Below are positions 56,343 to 64,000 of a stretch of DNA of 64,000 nucleotides, in pieces (the stretch's first letter is position 1; the number at the start of each line of letters is the position of its first letter). The notes under the pieces were generated by a model that made no database searches, was not told the origin of the DNA, and was given only the letters and a program-made list of their open reading frames with translations. The DNA lies in the sequence record PQ451753.1. One strand, 5' to 3'. The translations under genes and the position numbers were made by a program.

Positions 56343-56702
56343 GTGTCGAATGAAGTTAAAGTACTTGAATTCAATAATTACAAAGAAAATGGTCACGATG
56401 AATGCGATGCGTCAGAGCATCTTGGCGTACTTGTAATTGAAGAAGTTTTAAAGCATCTCATGTTAGGAGTTGTTGACAGCTACGATATGAAAACTACCAT
56501 GCGATTATTGGAAGTTAAGTTATCAGAGTTACGTGCTAAGCTTGGCGGTGATCGTATTGTCCTTAAGCTTCAATATGATGATGCCGTATTTACTGCGACA
56601 AATAGTAAACTTGGACCATTGTGCGATATAACGCCTATTAAAGATGGTTATAACGCCATTATCGTCAATAACAATATGACTATTATTAACCTACAACGTT
56701 AA
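56343..56702 (+). CDS. Hypothetical protein
   Basis: 119 aa, AGGAG RBS. Confidence 0.55.
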   Translation: MSNEVKVLEFNNYKENGHDECDASEHLGVLVIEEVLKHLMLGVVDSYDMKTTMRLLEVKLSELRAKLGGDRIVLKLQYDDAVFTATNSKLGPLCDITPIKDGYNAIIVNNNMTIINLQR

Positions 56703-56815
56703 TGTCAGAAGTGACAATAAAATACTTATAACGTATATAGATGGTTTAGCCCGCACCAAAAACATAAGAGATGTTGAAGCGGGTTCTGTAAACACATATA
56801 TAAGGAAAGCATACC

Positions 56816-57844
56816 ATGTCTAAACTTACACAAATGACAAAAGAAGATCTACTTAACCTACGTAAAGATGCTACAACTGGCGTAACGATTAAGAATATAA
56901 AGTTGATGAACGATCAGCCAATCGCTACTGTGTATAACGATGTTGTTAAGGCAATTAGCGATATGTTGTTAGAATCCATGAACAACAAGTTAACTGACGA
57001 GCAGTACGTTAACGTTATGCAGTACGTATTAAAACAAATGAGTAGAATGTGTGACGATGCAAGGTTCGAAAGAAGTACGGTAAAGGAATTCATTAAGTAC
57101 GTGTTCTTTGTATACAACATCATTTCACGTACCACCTACCACAATTCAGCATGTCGCGATTTCTGTCGCTCCCATGGTTTCCCTTACTACACGATTAAAC
57201 AAAACCGTGTATTACAAGACATGTTCAGTAATTCATACGAGGCAATGGTCTACAAGATTGCAAATACGGACTGCGATAAATACCCACACGTTTTATATTT
57301 ATCCAGTGCTACATTTTACACATCTAAAGGCTTAGGTAGTATTAATGCCTATACATTCCTCGGTAAGCTGACGGTCAGAGATACTGAATCACTGCGTGAC
57401 GCTGTTGAACTTACACTTAATGAAGGCAGTATAAAAGAGATGATTGGTTATGGTTATCAAATGTCAGATACTGAGTATAAATCGCTACCTAGACGTGTGT
57501 TTAGTAATGAAGTTCGTAAGTACCGAAGTGCCGCAGTACTTATTCATAGACTTGGTGAGCGTGGTAAGATGTCTACTGAATACGTAGATGTTGACGGTCT
57601 GGTTGACCTAATAGCGTTTCTCAATAAATCTGGTACTTTCGATCCAACTGATCGTTGCAGCCGTCAACTTAGAGAGTTATACTTATCCTCCCATGACCAT
57701 CTAATTGAAAAGCGACCAGAACTAGATAAAGGTTTAGACCGTGTCGTATTCTACAATGATTGGTTAAACCACCTTACTAAACACAAGTTGTATGAAAAGC
57801 GTAATCTGCGTGAAGATTTCATTCAGTTCGTTGACAACTACTAA
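56816..57844 (+). CDS. Hypothetical protein
   Basis: 342 aa, AAGGA RBS. Confidence 0.6.
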   Translation: MSKLTQMTKEDLLNLRKDATTGVTIKNIKLMNDQPIATVYNDVVKAISDMLLESMNNKLTDEQYVNVMQYVLKQMSRMCDDARFERSTVKEFIKYVFFVYNIISRTTYHNSACRDFCRSHGFPYYTIKQNRVLQDMFSNSYEAMVYKIANTDCDKYPHVLYLSSATFYTSKGLGSINAYTFLGKLTVRDTESLRDAVELTLNEGSIKEMIGYGYQMSDTEYKSLPRRVFSNEVRKYRSAAVLIHRLGERGKMSTEYVDVDGLVDLIAFLNKSGTFDPTDRCSRQLRELYLSSHDHLIEKRPELDKGLDRVVFYNDWLNHLTKHKLYEKRNLREDFIQFVDNY

Positions 57845-57849
57845 TAACC

Positions 57850-57880
57850 CGGAGGGACGTTAAGTCCCTCCTTATTTTTT
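57850..57880 (+). terminator. Intrinsic terminator
   Basis: GGAGGGAC/GTCCCTCC stem plus T tract. Confidence 0.75.
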
Positions 57881-57894
57881 ATTTGGAGCAAATC

Positions 57895-59199
57895 ATGAAA
57901 CTACTTAAAGCAACATTCAATCGTCTAAACCTTACTCAGTCGCCTGTACGTCATCCGATGACTGCTGACTTTAACGCGGAAGTATTCCAATGTCTAAGTG
58001 AAATGCCGTTACGTGAACTTGTTCACGATAGTCATGGTGATATTAGCGAGCTTGTATCTCAGCTTGAGACCGATGGTGTCTTTACATACCGTTATGGTAC
58101 AATGGAGCCTGCCGCGATTCCAGGTATTGAATTGGGTGAGGTGCATACGTTCGAATTCCTCGTCGAGTTAGAGTCACGTGCGGTATATACACAACGTAAC
58201 ACGCTGATGGTAGTACGTGGTTATGTTGAAGGGTTACCTAACTCGTCTGAAGCGAAATACCACATTGTGTCAACGATGTCATACCGTAAGGATGCTAACG
58301 TTACTGACGTGTATATTGTTAACAACACTCTATTCTGCTTAGAAGAGTCGGTTGACGCGCGAACTCTGCGTACTCGTGACGGTGTGGCGACATACGAGAC
58401 TCAGCTTGATACTATTGACCTCGACGATACGGTAGTGGTTGATATGCGTGCCTCGTTCCTCGCAGGTATGCAGATGTTCGACAATATGGAAGTAAGTCGC
58501 AGTTATTACTTAGCGCGTATGGTAAATGCAATCATTCAGTGTGAAATCAATAATCCAGCCGACGACATCTTCGGGTTAGAAGCCAGACACGGTATGGTGG
58601 CTGACCAACTGAACTTCCCTAACATGTTGTTCAACCCATTCGTTAACGAACTACGTAATCTAGGCGATAAGATGCACCGCACTATGTGTCTTGATGATAC
58701 AACGTTACGTCAGTTATTCGGCGACGCAGTCGAAGCGGAATCTAAAGACCTTATTAAGATTCGTCCGGTCGCAAGTGCTTGGGATAATTCATTCGAGTCT
58801 CTGGCGGCTTACACCATCATGCAATACCTTCATGGTCATGTTGCAAGTTTAGGTGTTCAAACCTTAGAGCTGGAGATTGATGAAGATGGACCAGTTCAGC
58901 CTAAGTACACTGCCCTTAAGGATTTGGACAAAGGTGTGCACACTTATGCAGACATTACTAATGTTGCAGAAAGTATTCACGAGCAGTTCGATTGTCAGGG
59001 ACATCAAGTAACCGCATTTATCGACTTTAACGTAAATGGCGTCTCTACTGTAGAGGTGTCTGTAGATGGTGGCGAGGAACGTATCTTTGAATACGCAAGC
59101 TTTGCATCTAGTTACTGCAACCCATTGGTAACTCATGACGATAGTTTGCAAGGCGAGCTAGCTGCTATGTATAAAACAATTCGTGACGTAATCGCGTAA
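57895..59199 (+). CDS. Probable divergent copy of a Chimalliviridae core-block protein (possibly PicA/Imp1, phiKZ gp69 family)
   Basis: Motif order KLLKA.F..., IPG....F.FLVE...VRGY, YLARM, W....ESLAA, VSVDG....YASF..YCNPLVT resembles that family from memory only. Confidence 0.35.
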   Translation: MKLLKATFNRLNLTQSPVRHPMTADFNAEVFQCLSEMPLRELVHDSHGDISELVSQLETDGVFTYRYGTMEPAAIPGIELGEVHTFEFLVELESRAVYTQRNTLMVVRGYVEGLPNSSEAKYHIVSTMSYRKDANVTDVYIVNNTLFCLEESVDARTLRTRDGVATYETQLDTIDLDDTVVVDMRASFLAGMQMFDNMEVSRSYYLARMVNAIIQCEINNPADDIFGLEARHGMVADQLNFPNMLFNPFVNELRNLGDKMHRTMCLDDTTLRQLFGDAVEAESKDLIKIRPVASAWDNSFESLAAYTIMQYLHGHVASLGVQTLELEIDEDGPVQPKYTALKDLDKGVHTYADITNVAESIHEQFDCQGHQVTAFIDFNVNGVSTVEVSVDGGEERIFEYASFASSYCNPLVTHDDSLQGELAAMYKTIRDVIA

Positions 59200-59216
59200 T
59201 AACGGAGATAATAAGA

Positions 59217-59888
59217 ATGACAACTGTACTATTTACTAAAGACCATGTTTACTGCGATACGCAAGTTACCCGCTGCAATGACGTAGCTAGCTTAGACTGC
59301 ATCAAGTTCTTCCCACTGTCAGATGGGTCTATCGCATATGGTGCAGGTTCCCTTAGCGAGATAGTTGCCTCTGTAGCTATGTATGAAGGTGTCGATAGAA
59401 AATTACCTATCGAGCAATATATTGGTGGTGGTGGCACCACTCTTGTTATTGTTAAGCCTGACGGGTTTATTGAACGCTTTAAACCAAAACGTGAATCTAA
59501 ACGTACGAGCGACGGTATGGGTGGTTCAAAGCAACGCCACCCTATGTTGTTCTGGAAAGGATCAGATCCTTTCGTTTGTATCGGGAGTGGTAGGCCACAC
59601 GTGGATGCGCATTACACTTATGTTAACCACAACCCAAAACAAGCAATGATGAATGCCGCTAAGCGCGACACTGGAACAGGCGACCGCATGTTCAAGCTAC
59701 CACGTCGTTGGAAGGAAGGCGAATCCGTTGATATCGAGTTTTACGATGGATTTACACGTGCAGGAAAATACAGAAAACCAATCACTATCAACTTGAAATT
59801 CCCTAAAGATGCTAACTGGGTTTATGATGTACTAACTGGTCAACGTGACCTTTACCCTATCAATCTTAAAGAAATAATCGGAGCGTAA
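59217..59888 (+). CDS. Ntn-hydrolase, HslV/proteasome beta-like threonine protease
   Basis: N-terminal MTT nucleophile, D-T-Q-V-T, IGSG, A...D..TG motifs. Confidence 0.7.
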   Translation: MTTVLFTKDHVYCDTQVTRCNDVASLDCIKFFPLSDGSIAYGAGSLSEIVASVAMYEGVDRKLPIEQYIGGGGTTLVIVKPDGFIERFKPKRESKRTSDGMGGSKQRHPMLFWKGSDPFVCIGSGRPHVDAHYTYVNHNPKQAMMNAAKRDTGTGDRMFKLPRRWKEGESVDIEFYDGFTRAGKYRKPITINLKFPKDANWVYDVLTGQRDLYPINLKEIIGA

Positions 59889-59889
59889 T

Positions 59890-60729
59890 ATGTTTGACTA
59901 CCAACCAACTCAAATCAAAACGCCATGGAAGCAAATAAACGAGTTACTTAGTGGTGATGGATTTAATCCAATTGGTCTTTGGTTACTTCCTGTGATTAAC
60001 CATGAGCAGGTGTATGACTTCTATGCACATCTGATTGCATCACAAGCACACTTACTGGATGTATCAGAGCATCCTCGTCGTAACGATGACTTGAAATATA
60101 CTATCTGTTATATGGATGCGGCATCGCAATATGCAGCCGCTATGGATGCGAATGTGGCACAGTACATATCTGAGCGTACTGGTAAACCTGTGGGGGGTTT
60201 ACCCGTTGATGTCATTAACTACAATGAAGAAGTGTTTGGTGAACGTGACATTCGTTTCATTAACTGGCGATTGTCTCGCTCAAACTCGCTAGATGTTGCC
60301 ATCCGTGGTATTGGCGATGGGTTGTTAAACGGTGGGTGCGATATGCGTATCTGTATCGTCGACCGTGTTGGTTTAGAAGACTATCACACTGAGACAGTTA
60401 TTCGAATGTTACGTGAAATACGTCACTGGGCAGCTCAGAATCAAGTACTGGTATTAATGAGTGCGCCTATTGACCACCGTTACTTCCGCTATGAGACGGA
60501 ATTAGATAAACCGTTCATTGACCGCTTTGATGATAAACGTATGGATAAACTTTACCTACATAAGGGTATGTCGTTACAAGCAGACGGTGAGTTACTGATT
60601 GGTCACAATGACGAAGAGCAAGAGTTAGTAATTCGTCGTGGTAAGTCGCGCGGTGACTCTCGCCCCTATGGTGAAGAGGTACGTTTTGATTCGTTAGTAG
60701 GAGAGTTTCCTGAATGGGATGTAATGTAG
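59890..60729 (+). CDS. Degenerate paralogue of the DnaB ATPase domain (no N-domain, Walker A lost)
   Basis: KTPWKQIN, LWLLP, IVDRVG, ADGELLIG, IRRGKSR align with dnaB at 7557-9083. Confidence 0.8.
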   Translation: MFDYQPTQIKTPWKQINELLSGDGFNPIGLWLLPVINHEQVYDFYAHLIASQAHLLDVSEHPRRNDDLKYTICYMDAASQYAAAMDANVAQYISERTGKPVGGLPVDVINYNEEVFGERDIRFINWRLSRSNSLDVAIRGIGDGLLNGGCDMRICIVDRVGLEDYHTETVIRMLREIRHWAAQNQVLVLMSAPIDHRYFRYETELDKPFIDRFDDKRMDKLYLHKGMSLQADGELLIGHNDEEQELVIRRGKSRGDSRPYGEEVRFDSLVGEFPEWDVM

Positions 60730-60911
60730 ATAAGTTTGAACTGATACTTGGCATCGAGCGTAAGCCTGAAGACAGTACTATGTTGCATGTGCAAGTGGCA
60801 AAGCAACGTACAAAAGGTCCAAGGGTTAAAATCGTGAACGGTCACGCAATCGTGGTAAGAGATGAAGGAGTGTATGATGAGTCGAGAGATTCTTCTGGAA
60901 GCGGTGCATGA
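60714..60911 (+). CDS. Small protein resembling DnaB/RecA-fold C-terminal strands
   Basis: VDKFELILGIER...LHVQVAKQRTKGP resembles DAD.II.L.R...AELIIAKQRNGP. Confidence 0.4.
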   Translation: MGCNVDKFELILGIERKPEDSTMLHVQVAKQRTKGPRVKIVNGHAIVVRDEGVYDESRDSSGSGA

Positions 60912-61395
60912 CTACCAAGGTAATTCAACAGGCGTGTACTTTAACGGATGTGTGTTTGACTTTGACCAAAAGCGCATGCAGGGTCTAATGGGGAAATTGG
61001 AATACTTTAACCAACATAGTGTTTCGATACAGTTCTGTGAGAGGTATCTGCGTGTCGGGGTAACTGCACACATGGCGGTTCCGTTAGACTGGCCAATTGC
61101 TGCACCAGTTTATTGGCTAGACGCAGGTAAGCACGTCAGTATTGTTGAAAATGCGGGTGCTAGTATACGTCACTCTAAACATGTTGAGAATGGATACGAC
61201 TTACTCATTGGCTTTATTCATGTACTTAGCTTTGACGGTAGGGAACTTATCAAAGCATCATCACGTGATGAAGATACGGATGATCCTATTATAAATCTTA
61301 GTAAATACACACACCAGTTATATGGCTTACTGGTTGAATATTTTAGTGGGCAAAAAATAAAGAATAAGGAATCTGAAGATGAATCCAGCAATTAA
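60862..61395 (+). CDS. Hypothetical protein
   Basis: <=177 aa; start probably MMSRE. Confidence 0.55.
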   Translation: MKECMMSREILLEAVHDYQGNSTGVYFNGCVFDFDQKRMQGLMGKLEYFNQHSVSIQFCERYLRVGVTAHMAVPLDWPIAAPVYWLDAGKHVSIVENAGASIRHSKHVENGYDLLIGFIHVLSFDGRELIKASSRDEDTDDPIINLSKYTHQLYGLLVEYFSGQKIKNKESEDESSN

Positions 61396-61885
61396 TAAAG
61401 CGTCTAAACGCATAGAGTTACCAGAAGACTTTAAACAGTCGTTAGCATCTATGCCACATATCCGAGTTATTGGTCGTGGTAATAGCGGTCGCAGCTTACT
61501 GTCGCACGCTATCGCAGATTGGTTGATTGCAGGCCATGGTTTCGTGAACAACGTGTATATTGAAGACACTATGGGTAAAGAAGCATATGCCATGTTTAAC
61601 GAATCAAATAATTACGACTTCGTATTGTTTGACAGTAACATGTTGCGCAACTTCGACTACAACAAAACAAAACGCTCAGTATGTTGCGAGACGCTATCGG
61701 TTGGCGTAAACACTGTGAACTGGCCTGCCACAGTAGCTGAGTTTGAAACACTATTGGCAGTTAAACTGGTACCGGGTTCAGTGTTCGTGTTTAACGATCA
61801 TCATAACTCAGAGATTCATGTCTGGTATCGTGGCTGTGAGCAGGGGCGTTCACACTTTACTTTCAAGAATCCGTTCGTAGCATAA
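61379..61885 (+). CDS. Protein with degenerate P-loop
   Basis: HIRVIGRGNSGRS (Lys replaced by Arg). Confidence 0.45.
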   Translation: MNPAINKASKRIELPEDFKQSLASMPHIRVIGRGNSGRSLLSHAIADWLIAGHGFVNNVYIEDTMGKEAYAMFNESNNYDFVLFDSNMLRNFDYNKTKRSVCCETLSVGVNTVNWPATVAEFETLLAVKLVPGSVFVFNDHHNSEIHVWYRGCEQGRSHFTFKNPFVA

Positions 61886-61931
61886 CAACATAAGGGGTAG
61901 TTCGCTACCCCCTCTTTAATTGGGAGATAAC

Positions 61932-62561
61932 ATGTACACATTTGAAACAGAACAACAATTTATGAATGACCTGCGCGACCTTATGGGTGAGACAGGTTCT
62001 TACGATACCGCGATTAAGTTTAACGGAGAACGTGAAGATAAAATCCCTAAAATACTTGAGATGATTAACTCAGGTGGTTTCTACGACGCTGAAATCAGAC
62101 GCATTACAGAAACATTAACCAAAGAACGCCCACAGACGATTCGTGTACTACCTAACGAGTTCATGGTGTCTGGTACTAAGTCACACTACAAACCAAAGCT
62201 AGCTGCTTACAAAGAGCTTGATAATGAAGCTATTGCGCCATACTGGCAATACCGTGGAGAGTTCAATCATGAGATACGCCACCTTATCGTGAGTGTGCGT
62301 AGTTCAGATAACATTGAAACCAATTACCTGATTGAGAACCCAGAAGACATCCCAACCAATACCATCAATCACCGTATAGGTGTTAATGGACTACGCTGGC
62401 TATTCGATAACTTCCGTAATGTTCGTTCACTAACACGTGAAGACTTCTACCCTATCTATGAGAAACCTAAATCGCCCGCACTAATCTTTAAGGTGTCGCG
62501 TAGTAAGGGCTTCCCTAATACAGATAAGTTATTCAAACCTTACTTGATCGTGGTCAAGTAA
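61932..62561 (+). CDS. Hypothetical protein
   Basis: GGGAG RBS, start MYTFE. Confidence 0.6.
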   Translation: MYTFETEQQFMNDLRDLMGETGSYDTAIKFNGEREDKIPKILEMINSGGFYDAEIRRITETLTKERPQTIRVLPNEFMVSGTKSHYKPKLAAYKELDNEAIAPYWQYRGEFNHEIRHLIVSVRSSDNIETNYLIENPEDIPTNTINHRIGVNGLRWLFDNFRNVRSLTREDFYPIYEKPKSPALIFKVSRSKGFPNTDKLFKPYLIVVK

Positions 62562-62568
62562 TTTAAAG

Positions 62569-62579
62569 ATATATATCAT
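62569..62579 (+). promoter_or_regulatory. Early promoter core (copy 8)
   Basis: AG-ATATATATCAT-TCCAGTG. Confidence 0.65.
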
Positions 62580-62592
62580 TCCAGTGTATTAA

Positions 62593-62619
62593 GGAGAACT
62601 TCGGTTCTCCTATTTTTTT
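62593..62619 (+). terminator. Intrinsic terminator (cUUCGg)
   Basis: GGAGAAC-TTCG-GTTCTCC plus T tract. Confidence 0.8.
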
Positions 62620-62659
62620 ATTTGCTTAAATATGGTTTGTTAATAAAGGAATTAATAAG

Positions 62660-62863
62660 ATGAACATAAATACACTAAAGGCTAGTACAACAATACAACA
62701 CCTACGTAAGGGTGATAAATACACCGTACTTGCAGTGGGTAAAATGGAAGAGCGTGGTGGTAATTGGATTCCGTCTGTCACGTTTCGTAAAATCAACACC
62801 GATGAAGTGTACACACGTGCAGCTTCTCGTGTAGCCGTCAAGTTTAAAGTGGTGGAAGAATGA
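62660..62863 (+). CDS. DUF1653-like small protein
   Basis: IQHLRKGDKYTVL....VTFR....VYTR....KF pattern. Confidence 0.6.
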   Translation: MNINTLKASTTIQHLRKGDKYTVLAVGKMEERGGNWIPSVTFRKINTDEVYTRAASRVAVKFKVVEE

Positions 62864-63399
62864 AAGACTTAGCATTCTATCAGCGAGTTAATTTCACGCT
62901 AGCACAGTGGCAAGAGATTAGCACTATCTGGTATGAGCTCTTTGACAAACATAAAGAACTGATGCATGTTAACTTCAGCCACGTGCAGCCGGAGTACAAG
63001 GACGAGTTCTTCGAAGAATCTCAATTGGTTGATTTAAATGGTGAGGTGCTTACCGATCCAAATAAAGTGTATGGTGCCGAGAAGGTGGACTATCATACCG
63101 AAACTGACATCTCGGTTTACATTCAGATACATGAGTTTAAGCCATATAGAAGTGTACCATTCCGTTTATACCGACACATCACACCGTCGTATGAAGGTGA
63201 TGAAGAACCTGAGTTCCGTGTGTATAAAGTCCGTAGTCAGTTCTACTCAGTTGTTGCACTAGCATTATTAAAGGCTATTGCATGTCGCTGGCCGGGCAGT
63301 ATTGAAATGATGGATGAAGAAGACGAACTAGAGTTAGACTCTCACGTCTTAAACTACATTAATAAATTCGCAAAACAATTCGAAGTACAGGGCGCATAG
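62860..63399 (+). CDS. Hypothetical protein
   Basis: 179 aa. Confidence 0.55.
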   Translation: MKDLAFYQRVNFTLAQWQEISTIWYELFDKHKELMHVNFSHVQPEYKDEFFEESQLVDLNGEVLTDPNKVYGAEKVDYHTETDISVYIQIHEFKPYRSVPFRLYRHITPSYEGDEEPEFRVYKVRSQFYSVVALALLKAIACRWPGSIEMMDEEDELELDSHVLNYINKFAKQFEVQGA

Positions 63400-63428
63400 A
63401 CGCCCTCCTATTGGGAGATAGTAGTACC

Positions 63429-63953
63429 ATGAGTAAAGGTTTCACTAAGAAGCAAGTAGAGCAAGCAAAGAAAACTGCATTAAACAACATCATCTTTTAT
63501 GGGTCGTCTGCGGTACGCGGCGTTACCTTTGAAGGTTTTGACGTAATGGAACGTTTATTACGTCCTAAGAAATACGAGCAAGCAGTAGAAGAACTTAAAC
63601 ACGAGTTACGTACTGAGTATCGCCCTTATATGTTCTGGGTAGCAGTGTTCCGTGAGATAGATGATACGATTGAAATTGATACGTATCAGATTATCCATAA
63701 CGAGCTTACGGTACCTGAGATTGATTTGTGGCTAAACGACTACATCACTCAGTGTATCCATGAAAAGAGTCCTGAGACATGTCAGGGTTACGGTTGGGTT
63801 GGTACGCCGTGTATGTACTTCGACTTTGATGCAGAAGAAGAGAACCTCATCAAACGTTTTGAAGGTCAAGGTATCTACGACCAAGAGAAACGCCAATCTA
63901 TCATCCACCAATATACAGCAGAACAAATTGCTAAGATGAAAGGAAACTTGTAA
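63429..63953 (+). CDS. Hypothetical protein, paralogue of 53394
   Basis: FWVAVF, GYGWVGTP motifs. Confidence 0.6.
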   Translation: MSKGFTKKQVEQAKKTALNNIIFYGSSAVRGVTFEGFDVMERLLRPKKYEQAVEELKHELRTEYRPYMFWVAVFREIDDTIEIDTYQIIHNELTVPEIDLWLNDYITQCIHEKSPETCQGYGWVGTPCMYFDFDAEEENLIKRFEGQGIYDQEKRQSIIHQYTAEQIAKMKGNL

Positions 63954-64000
63954 TGGAAATAAAAGTCTGTCTAGGTGTACTGCATGAACCAAATACCTAC

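Noticed and set aside
57895-59199. Initial idea that this is the gp68 sigma-like nvRNAP subunit
   Set aside because: Does not match my recollection of the gp68 sequence; fits the neighbouring core family better, and even that is uncertain
1-64000. CRISPR array, rRNA, tRNA, integrase or IS element
   Set aside because: No regularly spaced repeats, RNA gene signatures or transposase/integrase motifs recognised
63953-64000. ORF start MEIKVCLGVLHEPNTY at the window edge
   Set aside because: Truncated; too short to annotate

Overview
64 kb of a phiKZ-like jumbo phage genome (Chimalliviridae-type), most likely infecting Vibrio or a related gammaproteobacterium; the host is inferred only from CTA/CGT/GGT codon bias in the capsid gene. 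Core blocks: neck/baseplate-hub-like virion genes (19-4872); DnaB helicase, major capsid protein, non-virion RNA polymerase beta N-terminal half, portal, baseplate/structural genes, RuvC and a holin-like gene (7557-25426); and eight related tail-fibre-like genes at three loci. The rest is accessory: early operons behind a conserved ATATATATCAT promoter, nucleotide enzymes (ThyA, DHFR, Nudix, RelA/SpoT-type HD, SLOG/DprA, QueC-like) and many small hypotheticals, separated by cUUCGg-type terminators. Most unusual: (1) an island at 57.9-60.9 kb with a Walker-A-dead copy of the phage's own DnaB motor domain, a second DnaB-like fragment, an HslV/proteasome-like Thr protease and a probable divergent copy of a core-block protein; (2) an 89-aa ORF between a switch-like 5' leader and a ~150-nt multi-stem 3' RNA (44.2-44.85 kb); (3) an exact 57-bp promoter+RBS cassette repeated 25 kb apart; (4) a Nudix N-terminal domain also encoded as a stand-alone gene. 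No tRNA, CRISPR array, integrase, reverse transcriptase, chimallin or tubulin gene was recognised. All family assignments come from motif recognition and memory, not database searches.
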